DNA of 63,042 bases, counting the filler, from Octopus bimaculoides (taxonomy: Eukaryota), in NCBI RefSeq assembly GCF_001194135.2. It is 6 parts of 6 records of this genome, joined end to end, with 100 filler letters (N's around TTAATTAATTAA, not from the genome) between each part and the next. Parts side by side here need not be neighbours in the genome. Positions count along the whole stretch, not along the records: positions 14,123 to 34,257 come from NC_068987.1; positions 34,358 to 44,961 come from NC_068982.1; 4 more parts are not named here. One strand, 5' to 3'. The notes beneath the pieces were generated by a model, which searched no databases, was not told the DNA's origin, and worked only from the letters and a program-made list of their open reading frames with translations. Positions 25,645-37,812 of the stretch are shown here, piece after piece. A program made the translations under genes and the position numbers. Every line of letters starts with the position of its first letter. Position 1 is the first letter of the stretch.

Positions 25645-26511
25645 TATATAAATACACATATAATTATATAATTAAATAAATATATAAATATTTATCAGGA
25701 AGAGATACTTTATCATTACAAGTCTTACCCAACCCATGCCAGTATGGAAAAACAGGAAGTAAAACTGATGACCATGCCAACATTATATATAAAAAAAAAG
25801 TGTGTGTGCATAATCCTATACAATGTATAGCAGTCATACATCATCAGGTCTATAGCAAGACATGACTTATCCCTTGCAGTATAAACCCTGACCCCATCAC
25901 TTAGAAGTGAGGACTTTTCCTTTTCCTTTCTCCCCCCCCCCCCGGTCATCTTGCAAGTTACTTGGCAACTTCCGAAGTGCTCATGACATGGAAAAACAAA
26001 AAAGGGGCACCGAGTACATGCTGCCAAGTGGCTGGCATTAGGAAGGGCATCCAGGCGTAGAAACCATGTCGATGCAGACACCGCAGCTTGATGCAGCTCT
26101 GCAGCTCACTGGATCCCATCAAACCATTCAACCCATGCCAGCATGGAAAACGGACAGTAAATGAGTAAAGTAATATTTCCCCTTGGTATGGCCAAGCATG
26201 CTTTTTTCTACAGAAGACTGGAAATGAACAACACTGCTTGTATGACAATGACACTCATTTACAACCATCACATGATATCAGGACAAGGGTACATACACAC
26301 ACATATACATATGCCACCACTGCCATCATCATCATCATCATCATCATTATTTAACCCTTTAGTATTTTAGCATTTTAAACCGACCATATCCAGCCCAAAT
26401 ATTCAACCTATTTTGTGTTCAAACCAGCTAGATCCTGTCTCTTACACCAACCCTATACTGTCATTCCAAAAATATACAATCATACAATTGAAATCTCAAA
26501 GTTACAATTTT

Positions 26512-26665
26512 ATATTTAAGAGATGAGGAATTATTTACATTTGACAGATATTTGTCCTCATCTTTGTTTGTTGTTAACACGTTCTGGCTGATATACCCTC
26601 CAGCCTTCATCAGGTGTCTTGGGGATATTTCAAATCTGGGTTCTCATTCCTAAGGTATTTTTCAA

Positions 26666-26670
<5 letters not shown>
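26512..26670 (-). mobile_element. Penelope-like repeat unit containing a decayed type I hammerhead motif (26576-26618)
   Basis: Minus strand GACAC-CTGATGA-A-GGCTG-GAGGGTATAT-CAGCC-AGAAC-GTGTT: helices I and II and CTGATGA are intact, the GAAA/helix III part is eroded. Shares sequence with 29098-29194. Confidence 0.55.
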
Positions 26671-26699
<29 letters not shown>

Positions 26700-26700
<1 letters not shown>

Positions 26701-26895
26701 TCCTGAAGAACTGCTGGAGATTCTGAAGTCATCTGGAGGCTGTGGTCGAAGCCAATGACGATTTTATTGAATAAATTTACTCTTTAGTATTTCAAGATAT
26801 TTTTATGTAATTTTAGTAAATATACCTCTTAAAATGCGATGTCAGTGTTATTTTCATTTCTGTGTTATTTAGACAACAATTTATTCACTCCACCG
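26700..26895 (+). mobile_element. Second 3' fragment of the maT element
   Basis: Colinear with 25445-25640 (GAAGTCRTCTGGAGGC...TTTATTGAATAAATTTACTCTTTAGTATTTCAAG...). Confidence 0.85.
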
Positions 26896-27768
26896 GCACA
26901 TAAAAGCACCCACTATACACTTGGAGTGGTTGGCATTAGGAAGGGCATCCAGCTGTAGAAACTTTGCCAGTCTTCAATCAAACCATCCAGCCCATGCCAG
27001 CACGGAAAGTGGACATTAAACGATGATGATGATATATATATACATAATATTTATATATATATATACACAATATATATATATATATATACACAATATATAT
27101 ATATATATATACACACACAATATATATATATATATACACAATATATATATATGTAAGTAGTTTTCGTAAACTTATCCTCCGACGCTACTCTATCTCTTTC
27201 TCTTTCNNNNNNNNNNNNNNNNNNNNNNNNNNNNNNNNNNNNNNNNNNNNNNNNNNNNNNNNNNNNNNNNNNNNNNNNNNNNNNNNNNNNNNNNNNNNNN
27301 NNNNNNNNNNNNNNNNNNNNNNNNNNNNNNNNNNNNNNNNNNNNNNNNNNNNNNNNNNNNNNNNNNNNNNNNNNNNTCATACACACATAATTTTTCTCGT
27401 CTGGCCGTAAAGCCTTTTCTGTTTGTTTTCCTGTCTTGTTTTTTGTCCGCCACTACATTCCTCCATGGCTAGATTTAATTTGCGTATACAAATTTAATCT
27501 GCGATCCATGGGACGAGCCGTTTTAACGATGCGTCCTGCCCAAGCTCGTCGAAACGCCGGTGTTAAAACGTGGGTAGCTGATGAAGTAGAATGTTCTCTA
27601 TGTGGCTCGTGTGTTCTCGTCTACGTTTGTTTGCAATGTCCTGTACCCAGATATGCACCTATACATACAGGTGGATGTCGGTATGCACATACCTGTACGT
27701 ATATATGCATATACTCATTTACTTTTGTTTTTATATATATATATATATATATATATTTACATATTTAT

Positions 27769-27799
<31 letters not shown>

Positions 27800-29097
27800 G
27801 TTATATTAAACACATGTACACGCACGCACACACACACACACACACCTGTGTTGGTAGCATGGGAAGTTAAGGACGTCGAGACAAATCTTTAAATACAGTT
27901 GGACATTTATTCAGCTCTGTGTTCCCTCGTTTCTGCCAATGCATCAACTAGAAGCAATATTTTATGGCTAATAAATGTATTAGTTTTGAAACCAGCAACT
28001 GAGATCATAATACAGTTTGTCATATTTCCTCTTCAACAATCTACACCAATTCAGTGAAGTGTTGTTATGCAGGATATACATACTTGAATAGTTGACTCCA
28101 TTTGCTGTGACTATACAGAGAAAGAATTTCTACTAAAGTTACACACACCCTCAGCACTGATAGAAAAGAGAGAGAGAAGAAGAGAGAGAAGGAGAGACAG
28201 AGGATTTGATACAAATGAAGATGTAGATGGAAGACGATGTACATTAAAGATCTGTGGAATGTTCTTAAATTATCTTCCATTGTCCAAGTCCATTTGAAAG
28301 CTGACCAATCTGCTCACACAATAAATGATATTGTGTAGATATTGATTTTGATTTGAAATTCATAGGCATTACAGTTAAAAAGTGATAAAGATCATTACAC
28401 ACACATAAACCGAACATGTTTTATTCTGTGCAATCGGATTTACATCTTGCTACAATGACGAAAAACACTGTTTCTTATCAAGAATTTCAGCAACTGTTTT
28501 TGTTGATATTGACAGATACTAATCACAAAACTATTTATTATGTAAATTTTTACCAGTTTTCCTTCTGTTTCTCTAATAACAAAATCGTCATCATCAACAA
28601 CTTTTATTAGCCACAAGGATCCAAGATGTTGGGGGACTGTATGGGAACAAAATATAAAGGAATACTGATTGCTTTTCTTTTCCACAAAGGAATTAGACAA
28701 GGGACAATGTTAGACAGGGGACAATTGTATAAAATATGCAAGTTTAATCATTTCTAACAGAAATTTTGGGAAGTTTTTAGTATTCTTTTATACTAGCTGG
28801 CCCTGTACCATCAAAAATGACAGTTAATTGTAATAGAGTTGAAACACTGTTTGATTTTTCTTTTAAGCATTGAATCTTCACCATCCCACTTCCACTGCAC
28901 ACACACAAACATTCACATATCTCCTTTTTACATACATACACACATATACTCACACGAATTCAAACGCTCCCACTACCAGTTTGCCATCACCCCTTCCTTT
29001 CTCATCCATATGTTGTGACGGGAGAAAAACACAAGAGTATTATTATAGTAGATATTTTAAATGAATTGTTCTAAAATGGTAATACTCCAAGTTTTGT

Positions 29098-29194
29098 ATA
29101 CATACATTATTTACATTTGACAGATATTTGTCCTCATCTTGTTTGTTGTCAATATCCGTCAAATGTAAATAATTCCTCATCTCTTAAATAAAGA
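29098..29194. mobile_element. 97-bp inverted Penelope-like insertion with a 14-bp target-site duplication
   Basis: ACTCCAAGTTTTGT at 29084-29097 and 29195-29208; internal 23-bp inverted arms 29106-29128 / 29151-29173; both halves match the repeat at 26512-26572. Confidence 0.75.
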
Positions 29195-31974
29195 ACTCCA
29201 AGTTTTGTGTCCCCACTCTTTCAGCAAATAATCCGAGCCTATCGTTGCTTTAATAATAATCTCTTATATTTGGAATAAATTTTGGCCTCCCCAAATGGCT
29301 ACAATGGAAATTAGTTTACACACCTCAGTACTTATCAAAATGCCCCCCCCCCACAGTACCAGTTTGAGGGTAGGGATAGAGTGGGGAATTTGTGTGGGTA
29401 CTGGTGACAAAGGTGGAAGCAGGGTGGTGGTGGTGGTGGTGGTGATGATGGTCCAACAGATGCAAGGGTATGGGGTTCTTTTTTAGCTTTTAACTTTTAT
29501 TTAACCCTTTAGCAAACAAACAGACAAAGACGGGTGATTACAATACCCTGCTCTTGCTTACATGCACAGGGTAATAAAAACTCAGTGAAATGAAGGAGGA
29601 AGGTCAGGTGATGAATTAAATCAGAACTTCTTTTATCACTAATTTATTTACGACTAGATTTAATTTCACCAGAGTATAAATATCTATAATGGTGATACAT
29701 AAAAAAAAAAAAGTTTTTAATTTAAAAAAAATCAAATTTACAAATTTTCTAATAAGTAAGTGGTCGTAATATTTCATTCGCTTTCTTTTTCATATGAATC
29801 GACTTTTGTCTGTGTGTGTATAGATCATGGTGTACCTATGCGCATAGACGTGTGTGGGTACATACATACATAGATACATAGATATGCAACCGTTTGCGTG
29901 CGTGCGTGTGTATATGTGAGTGTACAGTGATGGATTCAAGGGTTTCGTTTATTTGTGAGTTGATTTCTTAATTTCTCACTGGAGTATAAATTACACGGAA
30001 CGGTGATACTTAAAAAAAAAAAATAATAATAATTCAATTCAATTAAAAAGCATGGGTAAGGAACGCTTTATAAGCCACACTATAATTTGCAGGAAAATCT
30101 ATCTGCGCACAGGGTGTGCATCACCCCACCCCCACCACCACCACACCATGCCTATTTCGTTTTCATTACTACTGAATTACTCTGTTCCTTCCTTAATTTT
30201 TCCTCCTCCCACTCACATTATTATTGAAACCAATATTATTAGTGCTACCATAAATAAATGTAAAACAATTTTTCCTTTTCCCAGTTTTTGATCAAAAACA
30301 TCAAGATTCCTCTTATTCTTCCCCTCAACCCAGAAACATTTTTCAATTTGCAAACTTAACTGCAAGTATGGCTGTGTGCACAAGAACATTGCTTTTCAAC
30401 CATGTGGTTTGAAGTTCAGTCCCACTGTGTGGCACCTTGGGCAAGTGTCTTCTACTATAGCCTCGGGTCGACCAATGTCTCGTGAGTGGATCTGGTAGAC
30501 TGCCTTTGCTGATTATAATGAATTCTAAAACTACCCAAAAGACAACAATTTGGACATCAGCAGAATTCAAGAGAAAAAATTAAAGCTGATTATATGGTCC
30601 CCAGTATTTAACTGGTACTTAATTAGTGACTTTGAAACAATGAAAGGTGAAGTCAGTCTTGATGGGATTTGATCCCAGAACATGAAGCGAATGGCAGTTT
30701 ATCTGCCTTTCTACTGCCTTTGATGTCTATTGTTTATCTTTTGTCTTTCACTTGCTTCAGTTATTGAACTGTGGCCATGCTGGAGCACTGCCTTGAAGGG
30801 TTTAATCAATCAAATCAACCCCAGGGCTTATATTTTAAGTCTGACACTTAGTGACATTTTTTTGCTAAAATGACACTAGTTGCAGGAACATCAACAAACC
30901 AACACCAGTTCTCAAGTAGTGAGATGAAGACAAATGGAGACACAAAAACACACAAGCATGTAAATATGTGATGGCCTTCCGCATAGTTTCCGTCTGCCAA
31001 TTTCACTCACAAGTCCTGGAGCCATAGTAGAAGACACTTGCCCAAGGTGCTGCACAGTGGGACTGAACTTGAAACCACATGGTTGCAAAGCAAGCTTTTT
31101 AACCACATTGCCGTATATTCTAAAATAAAGCTTGACAAAATCCGGTAAACCAGCTAATATCAAGTGTATGGCAAAGTAGAGAAAATTATGAATCATATGG
31201 AAAGACGAACACAAATAATATAAAGAACAGAAAAAAGACAAAGAGAAAGGTTACACAAGAAGGTTAGAAGGAAATTCCAAAATTTGAATTGCAAAAGAGA
31301 TGAAAAATAGTAGGATTTCTCGACCAGCCAAAAGCTGTTTTTGAAATTAACCATTGTAAGATCCTGTGGAATTTCTTGGTGTAAATTGATCTTGGAATAT
31401 TGGAACGGCGAGTATAATAAATAAAGAAGAAAAATAAAGCAACGTATACAGGATTATTGATTTTGCTGTATCAAATGATAGCAGAGCGAAAGCGAAAGAA
31501 AGAGAAAAAGTAGCAAAATATCTGGACTTTGCCAAAGAAAAGAGAAAACTCAAAAACACGAGGATGGAAGTTGCATCATAGAAACACCAGTAGCAACAAT
31601 AGCAAAATAGCTAATAGTTTATCCACTCAGTCACTGATGCAGAGACATGCATCAATTGTTGCATCTACATGCATCAGTGACACACGGCAGGGAAGTTATT
31701 GCGGTTAGTTTTGCAATAAAGGTTAGCAATCAGTGTGTTCAGCTGTTAACAGAAAGGTTGGTGGTTCATGTCCACCGAGGGGGTGGCTTACTTCTTTAGG
31801 CACAGGTGTCGCTATGTGGCTAAGAAGATTCCCAACCACATGGTCTCAGGTTCAAGCCTACAGCGTGGCACTTTGGGCAAGTGTCTTCTCCTACAGCCCA
31901 AGGTTGACCAAAGCCCAATGAGTGGATTCAGGAGACAGAAAATGAAAGAAACTTGTGTATGTGGAGATAGCTTT

Positions 31975-32325
31975 TATGTCTTGCTTGTTTCAGTCATTAG
32001 ACCGTGGCCATGCTGGGGCACTGCCTTGAAGAATTTTAAACCAATTATACCAGTCTCCTTTACCGAGTCACTAAGTTATAGGGACATAAACAAACCAACA
32101 CTGGTTGTGAAGAGGTGGTGTGAGGCAAACAGATATATATATATAGATGCACACACATATTTGTATGAAAGGCTTCTTTCAGTTTCTTTCTACCAAATCC
32201 ACTCTCAAGGCTTTGGTCGGCCCAAGGCTATAGTAGAAGACACTTGCCCAAGGTGCCACACAGTGGGACTGAACCCAAAACCATGTGGTTGGTAAGCAAA
32301 CTTCTTACCACACAGCCACACCTGT
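31975..32325 (-). mobile_element. SINE family A copy
   Basis: Reverse complement is colinear with 53863-54254; further fragments at 30360-30500, 30720-31100, 31800-31950. Confidence 0.8.
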
Positions 32326-32334
32326 GCCTATACA

Positions 32335-32384
<50 letters not shown>

Positions 32385-33249
32385 NNNNNNNNNNNNNNNN
32401 NNNNNNNNNNNNNNNNNNNNNNNNNNNNNNNNNNNNNNNNNNNNNNNNNNNNNNNNNNNNNNNNNNNNNNNNNNNNNNNNNNNNNNNNNNNNNNNNNNNN
32501 NNNNNNNNNNNNNNNNNNNNNNNNNNNNNNNNNNNNNNNNNNNNNNNNNNNNNNNNNNNNNNNNNNNNNNNNNNNNNNNNNNNNNNNNNNNNNNNNNNNN
32601 NNNNNNNNNNNNNNNNNNNNNNNNNNNNNNNNNNNNNNNNNNNNNNNNNNNNNNNNNNNNNNNNNNNNNNNNNNNNNNNNNNNNNNNNNNNNNNNNNNNN
32701 NNNNNNNNNNNNNNNNNNNNNNNNNNNNNNNNNNNNNNNNNNNNNNNNNNNNNNNNNNNNNNNNNNNNNNNNNNNNNNNNNNNNNNNNNNNNNNNNNNNN
32801 NNNNNNNNNNNNNNNNNNNNNNNNNNNNNNNNNNNNNNNNNNNNNNNNNNNNNNNNNNNNNNNNNNNNNNNNNNNNNNNNNNNNNNNNNNNNNNNNNNNN
32901 NNNNNNNNNNNNNNNNNNNNNNNNNNNNNNNNNNNNNNNNNNNNNNNNNNNNNNNNNNNNNNNNNNNNNNNNNNNNNNNNNNNNNNNNNNNNNNNNNNNN
33001 NNNNNNNNNNNNNNNNNNNNNNNNNNNNNNNNNNNNNNNNNNNNNNNNNNNNNNNNNNNNNNNNNNNNNNGGCAACGATCTCGCTCGAAAACCCTACAAA
33101 GCCAGTCAGGCGGTACTGGCAACGGTCACGCTCAGGATAAAGACACAAAACTGAGTATTAGTATTCATCAGACAACTGATGAAGAATTATGATCTTTCTG
33201 TGTCTGTCCTACATGTACGTTTTGTAGTATTTAATGCATTTTTCATTTA

Positions 33250-33289
<40 letters not shown>

Positions 33290-33744
33290 CACATCTGGAA
33301 GTAAGACCTCTAACGATAATTTGAGAGTAATTCAACGACGCCTAACTTACCAATAAACAGAAAAATAAATAAATAAAAAAATTTGTCTTTTCCACCTTAT
33401 TTTAATATAAAGGTATATGTTTGTTGCAAAAAAATTTAAATATTCATACAACTGTAGAGATTACCCAAATGTCAATAATTCTACAACAATCAGTAAATAT
33501 TACAATCGCTTGCATGCAATAATATTGTTCAAACATAAAAGAATCCTTTGAGCCTTCGATGCTTTCAATTCTGTCCTTTGTTTCCCCAGAAGAGTGTAAT
33601 AGTATTTGAAGTGTTAAGAATTATTACCAATAGGTATTATGGTGTTAAACCAACTACAATGTAGTGTAGATGATGTAAGTATTATCAAAATTTCGTCTGG
33701 TGTATTAATGGATACTTCACACCAGATTGCAGTAATAATGCATT

Positions 33745-33935
33745 CTACTTTCGGTATGAGGCCTGAAATTTTGTGGGGAGGGGCTTCAGTCGATTACATC
33801 GATCCCAGTGCTTCACTAATACTTATTTTACTGACCTTGGAAGAATGAAAGGCATTTGAACTCAAAACATAAAGCTGGAAGAAATGCTGCTAAGCATTTC
33901 TTTGTCCAGTATGTTAACAATTCTGCCACCTTACC
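33745..33935 (-). mobile_element. SINE family B copy
   Basis: Reverse complement begins GGTAAGGTGGCAGAATTGTTAACA...GAGTTCAAAT; abuts (AAT)n at 33938-33984. Confidence 0.75.
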
Positions 33936-33937
33936 AC

Positions 33938-33984
<47 letters not shown>

Positions 33985-33986
<2 letters not shown>

Positions 33987-34257
33987 GCTGAAAATTAAAG
34001 AAACTAGTATGAATGAACGCGACACTCTCCCCAAAATTCGCAATTCTAACCAAAACCTGAAAATAATTGGTAAAATCCGCCTTGCACTTAAGGATATAAT
34101 TTCAGCTAATGATGTTGATATTACAGATCTCAACCACCTGTACTATGCATCCGCAAAAATCTCAACGGTTCTATGTGGTGAAAAGATTAGAAAACGACAA
34201 CACTCCCACAAAAAGCCTTCTTGGCAAGAACGCATTCAACACCAAATTAAGATACTT
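33985..34257 (+). mobile_element. R4/Dong-like non-LTR retrotransposon, 5'-truncated fragment upstream of RT
   Basis: Starts directly after (AAT)n. Reads WLKIKETSMNERDTLPKI...ITDLNHLYYASA...G.K....KKPSWQERIQHQIKIL, homologous in pattern to 59217-59398; runs into a gap. Confidence 0.6.
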
Positions 34258-34357
34258 NNNNNNNNNNNNNNNNNNNNNNNNNNNNNNNNNNNNNNNNNNN
34301 NTTAATTAATTAANNNNNNNNNNNNNNNNNNNNNNNNNNNNNNNNNNNNNNNNNNNN

Positions 34358-34600
34358 GAAGAAGAAGAAGAAGAAGAAGAAGAAGCGGAGAAGGAGGAAG
34401 AAGAAGAAGAAGAAGAAGAAGAAGAAGAAGAAGAAGAAGAAGAAGCGGAGAAGGAGGAAGAAGAAGAAGAAGAAGAAGCGGAGAAGGAGGAAGAAGAAGA
34501 AGAAGAAGAAGAAGAAGAAGAAGAAAAAAAAGAAGAAGAGGAGGAGGAGGAGGAAGAAGAAGAAGAAGAAGAAGAAGAAGAAGAAGAAGAAGAAGAAGCA
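34358..34600 (+). repeat. (GAA)n purine tract with recurrent GCGGAGAAGGAG interruptions
   Basis: Read directly from the sequence. Confidence 0.95.
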
Positions 34601-35034
34601 GCAGCATAATATTGATTATGAGTTTGATGATGTTAATGATGATGTCACCAGTAAAACACATGTTGATTATATTTTGATAATCAGCTAAATAAGTGATATG
34701 CTATATTTAGTAATCATTTAGAGAGAAATTTTGAATGATATTGGAAGTCAAGTCTCTTTCTCCCTCTACATACCATCCAAAGCATGTATTTACCGGTTTT
34801 ACTGAAATACTAATCTGAAAGCAGTTTTGTTAATGCAGAATTCAGTGAGAATAGAGCAACAATTGCAATGGCCCAATACCTCAAGGAAATCAAAACAATT
34901 ACTGCACGTAGTATAAATCATGAAACGAACAATAGACATGTTCAAATATGTCGTCTACAAGAACGCATCAAGACGAGAAACTGTCAAGCTATGACTATAC
35001 TATGTAAAGGATGAATAATGTAATCTGCACGAGA

Positions 35035-35098
35035 AAAGAATAAGGTGGTTAAAGAATAAGGTGGTTAAAGAATAAGGTGGTTAAAGAATAAGGTGGTT
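35035..35098 (+). repeat. 16-bp tandem repeat x4 (AAAGAATAAGGTGGTT)
   Basis: Four perfect units read directly. Confidence 0.95.
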
Positions 35099-35461
35099 TG
35101 TCTGAGATGAGTAATTATCAACATTATACTTTCAGGATCTATATACCGCATTTATCGAGTGTATACTTACAATATTTATGTGCATACTATGCATTGATTG
35201 GTTTATTTTTTAATCATCATCAGGTGTCATATATTAGAAGAGGTGCATGGTTGCAAAAGTAATGGGTATTAGTTCGAAGCTTGTTAGGAATATATCGAAG
35301 AACAGGTCTCGTGATAGCAATCGGTGATCTACCCAATATAAATGTACTCGTATATTCTGATGTATGTGAATCCGTTGGTGCTAAACATCTATCTGCTGTG
35401 TATAAACGAAGCTAAGATCATCACACATACATACATACATACATACATACATACATACATA

Positions 35462-36347
35462 CAGATTTGGAGAAGAACTACTGTGCAGGTACTCTTGAGA
35501 ATACAATTATCTCATGCGACCCAACGGGGGATGTACTGGAATACCTAAACATAAGCTTCGAGAAGCAGAAATCACACTAGAAAAAAGCAATGCATGAGTA
35601 CATATCCCGTAAGTTAGGGGGCAACAGCAGTATTTACAGTAAGAGTAACCTCTCCTTGACGTGCGAGAGATACATTACATCTCACCTAGAAGGATATGCC
35701 TTCGCTATCTAGCAACAGGCGATCGCTGCTAAATATCTGATAAACAAGAGGGAGAAAGATACTACAAAACCTCCACACAGTGATAAAAGAAAATGTCAGC
35801 ACTACTATACCAGTGTGGAAGATATCACCCACATTATCGGTAGTTGCCTCAAAATGTTTACGAGGTATTATCTGTCCCTGAGGTATTATATAGTTGCAAA
35901 AACTATTTACAATGCTACCCGCTGACAGAACCAGTAGCTACTTACATCTTTATAAAAACAACGAATACTGGTGGAACACCCCAATAGACATCAATTCGGT
36001 GCAAATATAACATCTGGTATTGTTCTGTGGGACAGGGAACACAACTCGTGCACTGTTGTAGAGGTCAGCTACCCAGCGGATGTGAACGTAGTCAAAAGTC
36101 AAGAAAAAAAGAGAACATTTCTGGCGAATTAATACGGAACTTACAGCTCTTGTATCCTGACTATGAATTCTCTTTTGTACCTATCATCATAGATGTATTA
36201 TGTTAGGTACCAACACATTTGCACAAGACCATAGAAATACTCGGTTTCAGTGAGAAAGAGCAAAAGAAACTGACGGAGATTCTCCAAATATAATTTATCT
36301 GTGGCACAGTGAAGGTCTGTAAGACAATCCAAAAATTTTCGGTCTGA
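35462..36347 (+). mobile_element. R4-like LINE 3' portion (CCHC + restriction-like endonuclease), decayed
   Basis: Starts at (CATA)n. TSHLEGYAFAI*QQAIAAKYL...KCQHYYTSVEDITHIIGSC.KM.TRYY...VAKTIY, then YWWN.P...WDRE...CTVVEVS.PADVN and LYPDYEFSFVPIII; stops and frameshifts present. Confidence 0.8.
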
Positions 36348-36851
36348 AATTCTTATGTAAATAGATGCACATACTTGGGTGCATGCATCGACAGTTCAAC
36401 CAACATATTAACTTAATCACATATTTACAAACATATTGATGCGACCACCGAAAAACAAATCAATGTTATATCCCTATCCCCCGAGCTGGGTTTGAAACCG
36501 TATTCTGGTTGTTGAGGATAATGGCATTTCCTTTGTCTTGTCAATAACCACAGCTATTTTTAGCGTAGGTGTGATCGATGACTCTTTACGGTCACCAAAA
36601 GTTCAGAAANNNNNNNNNNNNNNNNNNNNNNNNNNNNNNNNNNNNNNNNNNNNNNNNNNNNNNNNNNNNNNNNNNNNNNNNNNNNNNNNNNNNNNNNNNN
36701 NNNNNNNNNNNNNNNNNNNNNNNNNNNNNNNNNNNNNNNNNNNNNNNNNNNNNNNNNNNNNNNNNNNNNNNNNNNNNNNNNNNNNNNNNNNNNNNNNNNN
36801 NNNNNNNNNNNNNNNNNNNNNNNNNNNNNNNGTGGGGGGGTAATGTAGCAC

Positions 36852-37658
36852 TGTAAAGCTACGGTATTTGTGATAGACAGCGAATTGGCGCGAACGGTTG
36901 GCCAAAGTAGTTGGCGTACGGAGTTGGCATCAAGCAGTTGGCCAGAGAGTTGGGTGAAGAATGTCAGCCAGTGAAGATGTCCAGCAGTTGATGTGAAGGC
37001 CGGTAGAGCCAGTGAAGATGGACAGAGAGAGACTGACAGAGAGAGGCTGAGAGAGAGGGCCTATAGTCAGCAGATAGGGACTGAAGCAATGAGAGAGAGG
37101 GACAGAGAGATGGGACTGTGTGGCAGGCAAGAGATCGTAGTAGTCAGTTGGTCACTTCTCTTGGATTGTAGTAGGAATTTTGCAAGAAAGGAAATCCGTG
37201 CGGTAAAGGTTTGCTTAAATATTCTTTAAAAGTGTACTTGTCGGTACATGTTTTGAAAAAGAAAAAGAGATTTCGTTAACTGTGATGTTGGCGGGTGGAA
37301 AAGAAAAGAAAGAACTTTGTGACATGTTGTTAATGAAAAAAGAAAAACAACGAAGAACTCTTGATTGTAAACTTGTGATTATGCAATGTTCTGAAACCTT
37401 TGTTATATGTTAATGAATTATTGTTATGCTCTGTTATGTATTGTTTGATCATGTAAAAAGAAAAAAAGTTAGTTCCACTACCCAACGTATGGTCTCCGTG
37501 TTATTTCTTCCTCCTTTTGCCTGTTGTCTTCGTTGCGTGCTCCGGCCGGGGCTTAGTCGTGGCGAACATCCCGACTCACTGAGCGTCGACGTTCGCGCGC
37601 GCGCGATTTTCTCTTCGTCGAGGTGCTTCGCGTGCGGGCGTTCGTAACAATATTTACA
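36852..37658. mobile_element. Candidate solo LTR (about 807 bp)
   Basis: TGTAAA...TTTACA termini flanked by AGCAC/AACAC (4/5 TSD match); GA-rich interior and strongly CpG-rich right end. No coding sequence to confirm. Confidence 0.45.
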
Positions 37659-37812
37659 AACACAGGGAACGCTCCCAACTAAAAGATCTTGTCACTTTCT
37701 TAGCGACCGCCTTAAACTCTCTCAAAAATAACTTAAATAAAACTCAACGAAAAATCATATATCGATACATACATACATGCATGCATGCATGCATCCATCC
37801 ATCCATCCATCC

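Noticed and set aside
28785-29580. Possible Helitron-like ends (ACTAG at about 28790; TACCCTG...CAGGGTA hairpin at about 29545-29575)
   Set aside because: Motifs too short, with no second copy in the window.
35035-35098. 16-bp repeat x4 as a CRISPR-like array
   Set aside because: No spacers, no cas genes, eukaryotic context: a simple minisatellite.
35190-35230. Minus-strand GACAC-CTGATGA-TGATT...AATCA
   Set aside because: No GAAA, helix III or helix I partner.
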